Counted from the stretch's first letter, positions 16,746 to 27,011 are shown. The stretch: DNA of 64,000 nucleotides from a virus (IMGVR_UViG_3300011435_000001:8648-72647), one strand, 5' to 3'. Numbers and translations: made by a program. The notes: generated by a model from the letters alone, not told the origin.

Positions 16746-17729
16746 TCAGAGGGTGCCTTTCCATTCTTTGCGCGCCTTGTGCGCGTCCGCCTCCACCATC
16801 ATTTTGACGAGCGCGGAAAAAGTGGTTGAGGCGTGCCAGCCCAATTTATCCCGCGTCTGCGTGTGGTCCCCGAGCAGCAGGTCCACTTCCGTTGGCCTTA
16901 ACAGCCGTGGGTCGAAGACCACATATTCCTGCCAAGGCTTGGGCAGGTTCGCATACTCGAAGGCGGTGTCGAGAAAATCCCGAACGCTCCAAGTCTGGCC
17001 GGTCGCGACGACGTAATCGCCGGGCTTCTCTTGTTGCAGCATCAGGTGCATGGCCTTGACGTAGTCGCCCGCAAAGCCCCAGTCGCGCTGAGCATCCAAG
17101 TTGCCGAGCGTCAGGTTGTCTTGCAGACCGTATAAGATGCGACCGATGGCGCGCGTGATTTTGCGGGTGACGAAGGTCTCACCCCGCCGGGGACTCTCGT
17201 GGTTGAAAAGGATTCCGTTGCTCGCGTGCATCCCGTGCGCCTCGCGGTAGTTCACCGTCGCGAAGTGCGCCATCACCTTCGCGCAGCCGTAGGGGGAGCG
17301 CGGATAAAAGGGCGTGGTCACCTTCTGCGGGTTCTCGTGGACCTTGCCGAACATTTCGCTCGAGCCCGCTTGGTAGTATCGCGCCTCGGGGCAGCAGGTC
17401 TTCACGGCCTCGAGCATTCGCAACGCACCTAGTCCCGTCACGTCTCCCGTGTAGATTGGCTGGTCAAACGAAACTCTGACGTGCGACTGTGCCGCCAGAT
17501 TGTAAACCTCGGTCGGCTTCACCTTGAGCAGTATCGCGCAAATCGACGCGAGGTCCGTCAGGTCGCTGTAGTGCAGATGAAGCCGACTAAAAATGTGGTC
17601 AATCCGGCCCGTGTTGAAAGAGGAGGAACGGCGTATGGTGCCGTGGACTTCGTAGCCCAGCTCGAGCAGGTGCTCGGCGAGGTAGGAACCGTCCTGTCCG
17701 GTGATGCCGGTGATGAGTGCGGTTTTCAT
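16746..17729 (-). CDS. gmd: GDP-mannose 4,6-dehydratase
   Basis: [77 protein letters not shown]. Confidence 0.97.
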   Translation of the reverse strand: MKTALITGITGQDGSYLAEHLLELGYEVHGTIRRSSSFNTGRIDHIFSRLHLHYSDLTDLASICAILLKVKPTEVYNLAAQSHVRVSFDQPIYTGDVTGLGALRMLEAVKTCCPEARYYQAGSSEMFGKVHENPQKVTTPFYPRSPYGCAKVMAHFATVNYREAHGMHASNGILFNHESPRRGETFVTRKITRAIGRILYGLQDNLTLGNLDAQRDWGFAGDYVKAMHLMLQQEKPGDYVVATGQTWSVRDFLDTAFEYANLPKPWQEYVVFDPRLLRPTEVDLLLGDHTQTRDKLGWHASTTFSALVKMMVEADAHKARKEWKGTL

Positions 17730-17738
17730 TTTCCTTGG

Positions 17739-18821
17739 TTAGTGTCCTCCCGTGATGATGGTCTTGGTCACGCGCAGTTCTTTGTCCGACGGCAGGAACT
17801 TCTTGTAGAAGCCCCGGTCGAAAAACATGTTGAACTCCGGACGAATCCGCGTGATGGCTCCCGTGACACTCGACATTTTGAACTCGAGGATGACGCCGCC
17901 GATTTCGCAGCGCAGGTGTTGCTTGCGCGTGAACATGTCTTGGTCCTTGAAGCCCGGCATCCCGACGATATGCACGTTGCGGTCGAAGCTGTAGCCGCTG
18001 ACGTGGTAGTGGCCCTGCACGAGAATCGCGGGCTTCTCTCCGCCCTGAAAACTCTCAACCATCTTCTGGCCCTTGTAGCTTCGGGCGTAGGAGCTGCCCC
18101 CTCCCGGGTGCTGAATCTTCATGATGGCCTTGTGCTCGCCGCAGGTCAGCTCAACGTCGCCCTCGACGTGGCCAATGTAGACCATGTCATTGCGGCCCGC
18201 GCGCTCGCAGACCATCTGCAAGTAAGCGCCGAAGTTGAATCCCTCTTTTTGCCACCATCCTTCGTGGTCGTCGCCCGTGATGAAGTGCGTGGTGATTCCG
18301 TCCCTTTGCGGGTAGTTGCGCGCGCAGTAAAGGGCCTGCCCGTCGATTGAGGTCTCATAGACGCTGGCTCCGTTAATGCGGGGCACGTAGCCGTCGACGA
18401 TGTTGCCCGCGTGAAATACGTCCTTGATGCCCTCGCGCAGGAAAAGGTCATACTGCGCGTTGAGAGCGTCCAGCCGTTCCTCGCGGCAGCACAGATGCGT
18501 GTCTGATACCAGCCCGATTTTAGTCCAAGCGTCGCCGTCGAAAACGTCGAGCGGGATGGTTCCGAACTCCGTGGGCACCGTCTTGGCTTTTTCGATGAGA
18601 GGGCAACCGGCGGGCTTCTCTGTTGATGTGGGGGCGGGCACAGCCAGTGGCTTAGTGACGATGGCGCTCTCCCGCCTCTTCACACTGTCCGGCACGAACC
18701 GCTGGCGAGCCCGGCGAACGGCAGGCTCGCTCACGCCCCAGATGTGGGCTAGTTCTGCGTCGGTGTGTCCCGAGTCAACGTCGGCACAAAAGTTCGTGAT
18801 GTCTTGCGGTGTCCACTTCAT
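17739..18821 (-). CDS. Calcineurin-like metallophosphoesterase with an N-terminal HTH-like segment
   Basis: SDTHL, HAGNIVDG, ITGDDHE, QHPGGG, GHYH. Confidence 0.85.
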   Translation of the reverse strand: MKWTPQDITNFCADVDSGHTDAELAHIWGVSEPAVRRARQRFVPDSVKRRESAIVTKPLAVPAPTSTEKPAGCPLIEKAKTVPTEFGTIPLDVFDGDAWTKIGLVSDTHLCCREERLDALNAQYDLFLREGIKDVFHAGNIVDGYVPRINGASVYETSIDGQALYCARNYPQRDGITTHFITGDDHEGWWQKEGFNFGAYLQMVCERAGRNDMVYIGHVEGDVELTCGEHKAIMKIQHPGGGSSYARSYKGQKMVESFQGGEKPAILVQGHYHVSGYSFDRNVHIVGMPGFKDQDMFTRKQHLRCEIGGVILEFKMSSVTGAITRIRPEFNMFFDRGFYKKFLPSDKELRVTKTIITGGH

Positions 18822-19405
18822 ATTGCTGTCTTGGGTTTTCGTTTGGGTTTTTCTTCCACTACTAAAATTATTTGTTCCTGCGGCGCCTTGTCGAAGGCGA
18901 GGTCGAAGGCGAGCATGGCCTCGGTGGGCGTGTTGCCCATTCCGATGATGGCGTAGCCGGGCTTCGTGATGTCTCCGTAGTAACAGATGAAACGCGCGCC
19001 GTCGTTCGCGACGGTCGGTCGGAGCTGGACCGAGGGCTTGCTCAGGACCCGCTGGCCCTCCGTCTGCGCCTTCAGAAGCTCCACCTGCGCTGTCTGCACG
19101 GCATGAATCGAATCGTAGAGCCGGTCGTGCGTGGAGGTGTCCCAGCGCGTCTTGTCTTCTAGGAGTTCGTCGATGCGGTTGCACACGTTGGTAAACGTGA
19201 CTGCCGCCGCTGCCGCTGCACCACCGTCAATTTTCCTCGGCGTGTCCTCCTCGGAGAGCTGGAAGATGGAGCGATGACCGAGGATGAAGGGGCTCAGGTT
19301 CTGGATGATGCTGTGCAGCGTCTCTAGCTGCGTGCGCGTCACCGACTCCCGCGTGGGGATAGTCGCGGGAGTCACTTTGTTCTGGCTGTTATGGTCACGG
19401 CCCAT
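18818..19405 (-). CDS. Hypothetical protein
   Basis: 195-aa ORF packed in the operon. Confidence 0.7.
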   Translation of the reverse strand: MGRDHNSQNKVTPATIPTRESVTRTQLETLHSIIQNLSPFILGHRSIFQLSEEDTPRKIDGGAAAAAAVTFTNVCNRIDELLEDKTRWDTSTHDRLYDSIHAVQTAQVELLKAQTEGQRVLSKPSVQLRPTVANDGARFICYYGDITKPGYAIIGMGNTPTEAMLAFDLAFDKAPQEQIILVVEEKPKRKPKTAI

Positions 19406-19896
19406 TGTAGTAAATGTAAGGCATCTGCACAGTTATCGTCAACTAAAGGAACGGTCGGGAAAAGCTTGGCGGCAGCCCGCATCATGAAATCTTTGTCTGC
19501 CGCGCCGCTGCCCGTGGCGAACTTCTTCAGCGTGGTGACCGGGCAGCAGTCCGTCTGAATGTGGTTGGCGGCGGCGAAGAGCCACACGACTGCGCGCAGG
19601 CTGGACCAGAGTTGCGTTTGCAGAGTGTATTTGGAGAACTGGACGTCCTCGAACACCATGAACTCGATGGCTTTTTCCGGCTCGTGGTGACCGAGGTTGT
19701 TTGCCCAAACCCCGGCTAGCTTTCGCTGAAGCGCAGGAATGCGAGGGTCGAGCCGACGGTCCAGACGCTGCTTCGCGGCCTTCTTACGCAGTTCCTCGCT
19801 GATGAGCGTCCACGTGCCTGCGGTAACCTTCCCGTCACGGGCACGGTAGGCCCAGCCACATTGCGAGCCAAGGTCGAGGGCGAGAAGGGTTTTCAC
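19372..19896 (-). CDS. RuvC-like Holliday junction resolvase
   Basis: LALDLG, VFEDV, LKKFATGSGAADK, DDNCADA acidic tetrad; GTG start. Confidence 0.85.
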   Translation of the reverse strand: MKTLLALDLGSQCGWAYRARDGKVTAGTWTLISEELRKKAAKQRLDRRLDPRIPALQRKLAGVWANNLGHHEPEKAIEFMVFEDVQFSKYTLQTQLWSSLRAVVWLFAAANHIQTDCCPVTTLKKFATGSGAADKDFMMRAAAKLFPTVPLVDDNCADALHLLQWAVTITARTK

Positions 19897-20288
19897 TTGA
19901 GAGACCCCGGCGGGACTTCCACCCACTTCCCGTCAGCGTCTAGGACCTCGACCTTCAAGAGCTCATCCTTGGTTTCGTTGATGACGGTTTGCTCTAGCGT
20001 CTCTTCCATCTCGATTTCATATTTTTTGAGCGCCAGCCAAAACCTCATTTTTGGCGTGGCCAGCAGTCGTTTGAATGCCGACGCCTTGTTGTCTGCTTGC
20101 GAACGGGAGTCGGAGGCCCGGCCCATCGCCCCGGACTCACGGTGAATAATCAGAACGCCTGAGGCCACCTTGTTCTTGGCCTGCCCGCCTTTGCCGCTGC
20201 CACAAAAGTAGGACACATCGAAATCTTTTCGCGTAGCGAGAGTGATTTTCTGGCGGGTGTCTTCTTTGGGCTGGTTGATGATTTTCAT
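19893..20288 (-). CDS. Stand-alone RF-1-domain (GGQ) peptidyl-tRNA hydrolase-like protein
   Basis: FCGSGKGGQAKNKVASGVLIIH...DSRSQADNKASAFKRL. Confidence 0.85.
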   Translation of the reverse strand: MKIINQPKEDTRQKITLATRKDFDVSYFCGSGKGGQAKNKVASGVLIIHRESGAMGRASDSRSQADNKASAFKRLLATPKMRFWLALKKYEIEMEETLEQTVINETKDELLKVEVLDADGKWVEVPPGSLK

Positions 20289-20992
20289 TTGGCGGCGTTC
20301 TTCTTGAAGCTCGCGCGCAGCTTCGCGATGATTTGGACGTGCGCTGCGTGGACTGCCTGACGCGAGACGCCCCGGGCCCGCGCAATGTCGGCCATGCTGA
20401 TTTTGTCGTTGTAGATTTTCCGGAGCAGCACCTTCTCTGCCGTGGTCAACTCGCAGCGGCACTTCTTGAGAGCCTCGAGGTTCAGGCCCAGCTCTTCCTT
20501 CTCCATCACGACTTCATCGGTGGAGGGCGCGGAGTCCACGGCGGGCGTGAACTTCTGCGGCGCGCGGGTGCTTTCGCCATCGTGCGTCGTGACCGTTTCC
20601 TCCGCGTATTGCGTGTAGGTCGGAAAAACATCCGCGTGCGAGGAGGGCTCGACGGTGTTCTTCGATTTCCACAGGCCCGCGAGCGCCCCCTTCAAAAAGG
20701 GCATCAGGTAGCGGGTGAAACGGTTGCCGCGCTCCGGGTCAAACCTGTCTATCGCATTCATCAGCGCAGAATTCGCGGCTGAAATCACTTCGTCGTCCGG
20801 AAGACGCCCACGATTTTGACGCCGGGCGAATCGGGCAGCGAATAGCAAATGGTTTCGAATGAGAAACTCCCGAGACTCAGCGTTGCCCTTTTTCGCTTTG
20901 GTGAAGAGTTCTTTTTCTTCTTCCGGCGTGGTGAGTTTGAATCGCAGGTCTTCATTTGCCCGGTAGTAGTTGCTGTTGGTCCCGTCGCTCAT
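20285..20992 (-). CDS. Sigma-70-family RNA polymerase sigma factor
   Basis: EEEKELF, IRNHL, LMNAIDRFDPERGNRFTRY (region 2), SMADIARARGVSRQAV (region 4 HTH). Confidence 0.88.
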   Translation of the reverse strand: MSDGTNSNYYRANEDLRFKLTTPEEEKELFTKAKKGNAESREFLIRNHLLFAARFARRQNRGRLPDDEVISAANSALMNAIDRFDPERGNRFTRYLMPFLKGALAGLWKSKNTVEPSSHADVFPTYTQYAEETVTTHDGESTRAPQKFTPAVDSAPSTDEVVMEKEELGLNLEALKKCRCELTTAEKVLLRKIYNDKISMADIARARGVSRQAVHAAHVQIIAKLRASFKKNAAK

Positions 20993-23250
20993 TTGGTTTT
21001 CTGGTAGTTGCTGTCAGTCCGTTGTTCAGGCACTTCCAGAACCGTCATGTTCTTCGGATAATGTGTGCAGCGGTCAATCTCGTAAATGCGGAACCCCGTC
21101 GTCACGCCTTCCTTCTCAGTAATCTTGAAAAGGTTTCCCTTGCTCAGCGTGAGCAGGTCGCGGTTGAATTTCTCGAAGGGCATTTGGCGCAGAATGTCCG
21201 TGATGCCCGGCACCTGTTGGAACTGTTGGTAGAGGTCGAGCGCGCAGCCCACCCACACGTTGGCGTCGGGCTCAATTTTCGTGAAGTATTCGCGCATCCA
21301 CACGTTGATGACTTGAGCGAGCCCTGAGGTCTTGCTGGACTGCTGAGCGCTCACCACCATCTCGGGATTGTGATACGCCTTGATGCCGCCGAAGCGGGCC
21401 TCTTCCTGAGTCGTGCCGACGCACTGGGGCGGAATCACGTAGTCTAAAAGGTAACGGCAGAACCACGGCAGCTCGCGCGAGAGGATTGCTTGCAGCTCCT
21501 CCTGCGGCGGGAAAACTTCCTTCGGCAACTGCGCGAGGAACATCATCACCTTGTCCTTCATGCTGGCGTCAAGGTCGGGGTAAACGACGCTGTCGCTGTC
21601 CATGTTGCAGGTGATGGCGTACCTCGCCCGGCACCCAATGACGTTGCCAACGCGGAACTTTTCGTTGCACTCCCGCTCGTTGTTGGCGACGCTTTTCTTG
21701 ACGCCCTCACAGAATTTTCTGTAGAGCTGCGAGTTGCCAGTGACCGAGGTGTCGTCCACCAAGTGGAGTGCGAAGTCGAAAAGCTGGGAGTTGAAAGTGG
21801 TCTCACCGAGCAGGTGCGAGGCGGCCTCCGCGAACCCGCCGACAATCTTGCCGAGAATTTCGCGGTTGCCGAAGGTCTTGCCGCAGGCGACCGGACCAGC
21901 GATGTAGATGGCGTGGCCGAGAGTCAGCTTGCGATAATAGCAGCCCTTGTAGAAGTAGCTGGCCCAGCTCAGATAGTAAGGGAGCTGGTCGGGCGTCGTG
22001 AAAAAGTTGTCGTAGTATTTTGAAATCCACGGGAACTGTCCGTCGGGTCCCCAGACGGCGTCGCCGTTCGCGGGGGGCATCGCGTCGATGTTGTGGGTGT
22101 TCAGGTATTGGTGACCGTTGAAAAGAATCCTGCCCTTCGGGAAGAACGCGAAGCTGGCCATGCCCTTCACGCGTTGCTGACTGTGAACGTGCGCGATAGC
22201 CGCCTCCACTTCGGAAAAGTTGTCTCCCTTTTTCTTGCTGACCTCGCGGGTGAGCCCGCGCATCACGACCAGCTCGTTGATGACGTTGTCCTTGTTGAGG
22301 ACGTCCCAGCGACCGCACTCGCGCTTCACGGTGTAGTCTTTTCCGTCGAAGTAAATGTCCTTGACGGCGTTCCCGATTCGGCCTTCCTCGAAGCGCTTCA
22401 CCCAGTCGGCACCGAGCAGCTCAGCCCAGCTCCACCAGCCCTTGCCGGTTTGGCGCGCGTGATTCGAAAAGGAATACATTCCGTTGGCCCCGACGATGGC
22501 GGAGTTCTCTGACTTGGAACCGTCCACCCAGAAGGTCGGCCCCTGCGCGCCTTCGGTGAAGTCGACGGTCCACTCCTTGAAGCGTGGGTATTTGTCCTTC
22601 AGCTCGCGAAATCTTTCGGCGACGATGTGATACGGAATGGTGATGCCCGGCTCGTTGTCCTTCCACGCGTAGCTCCGCACCAGCTTCAGCATCCAACCGC
22701 AGATGCTGCCCCAAGGCACCGGAGTCGGGTGAATCTGTTTCCACTCGCAGCCGTTCATGTAGTAGCGCGAAGGCTCGAGGTAGCCCGCGTCCAAGTTGCT
22801 CAGCTCTTGGATGGGCAGGAACTCGTGGAGATGCTTCAGGATGAAGTTGGCAAAGTTGCGGGAGGAGAGCATGATGGGCCGCTCGAAAATCCAGACGAGC
22901 CGCCAGTTGCCGGAGAGGGACCGCTCCACCCAGTTCGGCTTGATGTCCATGCGGGCGAAGGCCCGCTCGAGTTCTTCCCAAGTGAACTTGGCGTCGTAGT
23001 CGCCCGTGAAACTATTCATCTCGCGGGGCGCGTTCGCGTTTTCTTTTCCGCCCTTCTCGCTCACGCGCCCGTTCTCGTTCACGCCCACGAACGAGGAGTA
23101 GAACATGTAGTCAGTCGCGGGGGCGTTCCCCCACGCAATGCGCGCCGCCTTGTCGGCGATGCAGTTTTCGGGGATGAGGGATTTCTTGTCGAACTCCCAC
23201 GGATTGCCCTCAAAGGTGGTTTGGGAGGAGAGATTCTTTAAATATCGCAC
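20989..23250 (-). CDS. Primase-helicase (AEP-like N-terminus plus SF3-like P-loop)
   Basis: GPVACGKTF Walker A, LVDD Walker B, ITCN; adjacent to DNA polymerase. Confidence 0.75.
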   Translation of the reverse strand: MRYLKNLSSQTTFEGNPWEFDKKSLIPENCIADKAARIAWGNAPATDYMFYSSFVGVNENGRVSEKGGKENANAPREMNSFTGDYDAKFTWEELERAFARMDIKPNWVERSLSGNWRLVWIFERPIMLSSRNFANFILKHLHEFLPIQELSNLDAGYLEPSRYYMNGCEWKQIHPTPVPWGSICGWMLKLVRSYAWKDNEPGITIPYHIVAERFRELKDKYPRFKEWTVDFTEGAQGPTFWVDGSKSENSAIVGANGMYSFSNHARQTGKGWWSWAELLGADWVKRFEEGRIGNAVKDIYFDGKDYTVKRECGRWDVLNKDNVINELVVMRGLTREVSKKKGDNFSEVEAAIAHVHSQQRVKGMASFAFFPKGRILFNGHQYLNTHNIDAMPPANGDAVWGPDGQFPWISKYYDNFFTTPDQLPYYLSWASYFYKGCYYRKLTLGHAIYIAGPVACGKTFGNREILGKIVGGFAEAASHLLGETTFNSQLFDFALHLVDDTSVTGNSQLYRKFCEGVKKSVANNERECNEKFRVGNVIGCRARYAITCNMDSDSVVYPDLDASMKDKVMMFLAQLPKEVFPPQEELQAILSRELPWFCRYLLDYVIPPQCVGTTQEEARFGGIKAYHNPEMVVSAQQSSKTSGLAQVINVWMREYFTKIEPDANVWVGCALDLYQQFQQVPGITDILRQMPFEKFNRDLLTLSKGNLFKITEKEGVTTGFRIYEIDRCTHYPKNMTVLEVPEQRTDSNYQKTK

Positions 23251-23268
23251 TGGAAAGAGTATCCCGGA

Positions 23269-23457
23269 TTAGGGCGTGTTGTCAACTGACGGAGTCTCAG
23301 GTGGTCCAGTCAGAGCCCCCATGAAGGCGTCCTCGTTTGAAAGCTTAGAGTCGCAGGCGGGTCGGCATTCCCAGACGCCTACGACGCCCAGCTCGTTTAC
23401 CCGGTGCAGGTATCCGCCGCACTCAAAGACCGTTCGGTTGCAAAGACGACATTTCAT
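23269..23457 (-). CDS. Small Cys-rich protein
   Basis: MKCRLC...ECRPAC. Confidence 0.5.
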   Translation of the reverse strand: MKCRLCNRTVFECGGYLHRVNELGVVGVWECRPACDSKLSNEDAFMGALTGPPETPSVDNTP

Positions 23458-25469
23458 TATTTCAAATAATGAGGCACTTCTTTCGCCTCCGCGGCGAGCG
23501 GGCAGCCCGGGAGCCACTCAGGGGTTTGCGACATGACGTGCTCAACGTCCTTCGCCTGCACGGACTGGTCAACCTCGTTGATGGCTTCGTCGTGCGCCGT
23601 CCACAGCACCGTGCCGTCTCCGAAGGTCTCGTCGAGAGCAAGGCAGTGTGCGGCGAACACGTCCCGGGAGATGGCTTGAATCATGTTCTCTGTGAGCATT
23701 CCTCCGTAGAAGGCCACGCGCATCAGCCGCCCGTTCTTGATGGCTTCCGCACGCACCTGCAAGCGGTTTCTCCACTGGTCCTTTTCTTCGTCGTAAATCT
23801 TGGTCCACTCCTGCGCCACCTTGCGGTAGTAGAGTGAGCGACCCGACGGCAGCTCAATGGAAAATTCTCCGTCGAGCAGGCTGGCCTTGTATTCCTTGTC
23901 GAGGTGTTTCCACAGCCCGACAATCTTCTGGTTGTTGGCGCGAAAGTTTTTCACGCACTCCTTGGAAAAAGTGCCGTAGCCGGAGACCAGCTTCGGCGAG
24001 CCGTCCTTGTTCAGGATGGGTTGGCCCTCTTCGTTCAGCATCGGAAGGAACTCCGGGTCGTCCTTGGTGATGTCGAGGCCCGCGTGCGTCTGAGCCATCG
24101 CGATGAACTTTTCCCAAGCGGCTTGGTAACCCAAGCTGAGGACCTGCGCCTTGCTCAGCGCGTAGCGGGCCTTGTCTTCTTTCTTCATGTCTCCGCCGGT
24201 CCAGCCCATTTGCTGGCGGGCAAAAGCCTCGTAAGGAGACTGGCCCGCAGCCATCAGGTCAAGCAGCTCTTGATTGCCGGTCACCCAAGCGAGCACTCGC
24301 GGCTCGATTTGGGAAAGGTCGCTGACAATCATCTTCTTGCCCGCGCGCGGGATGAAAAGTGAGCGCATGTCGAGCACGGCAGTGACCCAGCCGGGCAACT
24401 TTTTCTCTTGGTAGAGCGACCGCTCGACTTCTTTCAGCCGGGCGGGCTCGTTCACCAGAAAACCCTTGTCGTCCCGATACAGCGGCTCCTTGCGGAGGTT
24501 CTGCATGTTGAGGCCACCGTCGCCTGCCCAGCGTCCCGTGTGCGCTCCGAAATACTTCAGGCGAAATTGCAGGATTCCTTCCGGCGTGAGACGTTCCTTG
24601 ATGGTCTCGAGCGAGCCGAGGAACATCCGGATGGAGCGCAGCTTGGCGACATTCGCCACCCACGCGAAGCGGGGGGAATAGGCGTTCTCCCAAGCGTCGA
24701 AGGCTTCCTCTCCGTCGTTCGAGATAACCGGCGGAGATGGTATGCCCTCCTTGCGGCAATAGTTGGCAATGCCGACCGGCGACGTGGGCGCAAAGCCCTC
24801 GGGAATCCAAGGCAGCGTGGACTCGCAGTCCTTCAGCATGGTGTGCGCCGTGGAGATGTATTCCCTCAGGCGCTCCTCGTTGATTTGCACGCCGCGCTTA
24901 CCTTGGCGGCTTGTCTGGTCGGCGAGGCGCCGCTCGAACTCAGGCCACTTGTGCCCGTGCTTCACGAAAAGTTCTCGCGTGGTGACGGCGTCGCGCCTGC
25001 CGTATTTCACCATCTCGTCCCACCAGCCCTCGGCCTTTATTTGGTCCGCCGTCTTGCCATTCGCCTTCTCACGCGCGTGCTTGTCCAGCTCGACGCCGAG
25101 CAGGAACTTCGCAGCCTCCTCGAGGCTCCGGCGGTTGCACAGAAAAGCTGACATGTTCGCCGTGCAGAACCAAGCGGCGGGCTTAATGGCGGGAGCAATG
25201 CCCAGTTCCACGAGCCGGTCATGCACTCCGCTGTCGAAGTGCGCGTTGTGGCTGACAAGAGTCTGCCCATTCAACGCGTCGAAGTTGAAGTCGCGAGGGT
25301 GTCCGGCCCAAGTCTCCGTATCATCGGCCACCGTGAGCAAGTAGGCGTCAAAACGCGGGCTGTGCGTGTAAGCGTAGTCGCCCATTTGTGTGATGGAGTA
25401 ACCACCACCTTTCTTGCTTTTGTGATAGAAGGTCTCAAAGTCGAAACCGATGATGCGGGACTCGGGCAT
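23457..25469 (-). CDS. Family A DNA polymerase with 3'-5' exonuclease
   Basis: GFDFET, HNAHFD, HTGRWAG, MQNL, SDLSQIEPRV, KAQVLSLGY, AHDEAI. Confidence 0.95.
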   Translation of the reverse strand: MPESRIIGFDFETFYHKSKKGGGYSITQMGDYAYTHSPRFDAYLLTVADDTETWAGHPRDFNFDALNGQTLVSHNAHFDSGVHDRLVELGIAPAIKPAAWFCTANMSAFLCNRRSLEEAAKFLLGVELDKHAREKANGKTADQIKAEGWWDEMVKYGRRDAVTTRELFVKHGHKWPEFERRLADQTSRQGKRGVQINEERLREYISTAHTMLKDCESTLPWIPEGFAPTSPVGIANYCRKEGIPSPPVISNDGEEAFDAWENAYSPRFAWVANVAKLRSIRMFLGSLETIKERLTPEGILQFRLKYFGAHTGRWAGDGGLNMQNLRKEPLYRDDKGFLVNEPARLKEVERSLYQEKKLPGWVTAVLDMRSLFIPRAGKKMIVSDLSQIEPRVLAWVTGNQELLDLMAAGQSPYEAFARQQMGWTGGDMKKEDKARYALSKAQVLSLGYQAAWEKFIAMAQTHAGLDITKDDPEFLPMLNEEGQPILNKDGSPKLVSGYGTFSKECVKNFRANNQKIVGLWKHLDKEYKASLLDGEFSIELPSGRSLYYRKVAQEWTKIYDEEKDQWRNRLQVRAEAIKNGRLMRVAFYGGMLTENMIQAISRDVFAAHCLALDETFGDGTVLWTAHDEAINEVDQSVQAKDVEHVMSQTPEWLPGCPLAAEAKEVPHYLK

Positions 25470-25472
25470 GGT

Positions 25473-25811
25473 TCAGAGAGTGATTCCGCACGACGGCGTG
25501 CTTTGGACTTTGTTGCGGACGATTTTGCGGATGGCTGCCTCAAGTCGCAGGTGGGCGCACTCCAAAGCGCGTCCGGTGATTTGACGTTTCCACGGCTCGT
25601 CTATTGAAATTTCCGGGTGCAGCGGCTCGCGGACCTTGCTCTCAATCTGACGAATCAGACAATCGACTTCGGCCTCCACGTCGTCGAGAAACTCTTGAGA
25701 CACACGTTTGAATTTTCCGGCACGGTTGGCTTTGCTGCAAGCCAGCGCGTATTCTTTCACGCTGCTTGCCACGGTGAGGTTGGTCCGTTGGTTGCTTTGT
25801 TCACTACTCAT
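25473..25811 (-). CDS. Hypothetical protein
   Basis: Packed upstream of the polymerase. Confidence 0.65.
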   Translation of the reverse strand: MSSEQSNQRTNLTVASSVKEYALACSKANRAGKFKRVSQEFLDDVEAEVDCLIRQIESKVREPLHPEISIDEPWKRQITGRALECAHLRLEAAIRKIVRNKVQSTPSCGITL

Positions 25812-26038
25812 CTGTTTTTGGTTTCTTGGTTGGTGTCTCGGGGAAACTGGACGCTGGAAAAGACCGCCACGCTCGGGTTTATAAGCCTCCGCGCGGATTT
25901 CTGTGTCGTGTTACTGGCTACACTGTTTAGAATTCGGTGGCAGCCACAGCGATAAATAGGCCCCGCGGATGGTATGCCGGGTGCGACTCGGTCGAATCGC
26001 TGGCCAGCCACATTTTCCTTTGATGCGGGGAAAGTCAT
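25808..26038 (-). CDS. Possible 76-aa leaderless ORF
   Basis: TTGACT-17 nt-TACCGT promoter 6 nt upstream; ATGA overlap with the next gene; atypical composition. Confidence 0.4.
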   Translation of the reverse strand: MTFPASKENVAGQRFDRVAPGIPSAGPIYRCGCHRILNSVASNTTQKSARRLINPSVAVFSSVQFPRDTNQETKNR

Positions 26039-26084
26039 TGTTGGACGGTATCAGGTCCGAGGGTTGAAGTCAACTAAAGAGCAA

Positions 26085-26133
26085 GAAAAGGCGCGAGAGT
26101 GGTGGGCCATTTCAAAAATCCACTCCCGCGCCT
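26085..26133 (-). terminator. Intrinsic terminator after the SSB-like gene
   Basis: 14-bp stem AGGCGCGGGAGTGG/CCACTCTCGCGCCT (one G-U pair) followed by TTTCTT. Confidence 0.75.
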
Positions 26134-26147
26134 GAGGCGAACAGGTG

Positions 26148-26987
26148 TTAGCTGCCCGTGATTTGCTTGACGAACGCGCGGAGCGCTTCAGGCGTCTTCG
26201 AGACCGCCTTGATGACCGGCACGTAGGCAGTGTTGCCCGTCGAGTAGGTCTTCAGCCGGGTGCCGAAGGTGTGCAGGAACGACGAGTAGCCGCCCGCGGT
26301 GAGGTAGCCCGCCTGCTTTTCCTGACGGAAAACAGAGGCGCACTCGGTGAACAGTCCGCCCTTCATGTCGAGCGTGGCCAGCGCGTATTGCTGGTCCTCG
26401 AACAGGAACGGGAACAGGATGCGGTCGGCGTCTTGCACGTCCGCCGGTTTGCGGATGAGGAACAAAGCCGTGGCCAGAGTCTGAAACTCGCGGCTCGGGA
26501 TTTTGTTCGCAAGCTTCTGCTTGTGCTCGCGCTGATTGAGCGTGCCGTTCGCCTTCGCCACTTCGGCGAGGGAAAAGCACAGCAGGCCCTGCTCGTCGGT
26601 CCCATACGGGACCTTCTCGACGTATCGGTCCTTGCGGAATCCGATGCAGACCACCGTGAGCAGCTCGCTGCCCGCTTTGATGAGAGAGCCATCACGCACC
26701 ACTGGCGGCGTGTAAATGGCAATCTGGTCCTTCAGGACCACTTCACCCAGAGCGAAGGCGACAGCAAGTCCACTGGACTTCTGGACCACCTTCAGCTTGG
26801 GGAACTTGATTTCCGAGAAGCCGACGTTGTCCTCGTTGAAGGGACAAGCCGGGGCGGGGGCCGCGACCTCATACGACACGGGGTCACCGTTCTCGTCGCA
26901 GGGCTGCGCTTCGGTTTGAGTTTCCGGGGCGATTGGTTCCGTCGCGTCGACGGGCACACCGGGCTTGGAGAACGAGCACTTACTCAT
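26148..26987 (-). CDS. Probable single-stranded DNA-binding protein
   Basis: IKFPKLKVVQKSS motif and position between the nuclease and the polymerase. Confidence 0.55.
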   Translation of the reverse strand: MSKCSFSKPGVPVDATEPIAPETQTEAQPCDENGDPVSYEVAAPAPACPFNEDNVGFSEIKFPKLKVVQKSSGLAVAFALGEVVLKDQIAIYTPPVVRDGSLIKAGSELLTVVCIGFRKDRYVEKVPYGTDEQGLLCFSLAEVAKANGTLNQREHKQKLANKIPSREFQTLATALFLIRKPADVQDADRILFPFLFEDQQYALATLDMKGGLFTECASVFRQEKQAGYLTAGGYSSFLHTFGTRLKTYSTGNTAYVPVIKAVSKTPEALRAFVKQITGS

Positions 26988-27011
26988 TGGTTGTTCTTTC
27001 GTTTTTGGTTG

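Noticed and set aside
16746-17729. DNA hypermodification as the main role of the sugar genes
   Set aside because: No thymidylate-synthase-like hydroxymethylase, TET/JBP or DNA methyltransferase in the window, and the GTs sit in the head module; not excluded because part of the genome is outside the window
19893-20288. Stop-codon reassignment suggested by the release-factor-like gene and tRNAs
   Set aside because: TAA, TGA and TAG all end well-packed genes (for example TAG at 44617-44619 and 56736-56738); no suppressor anticodon found; long genes are intact in code 11
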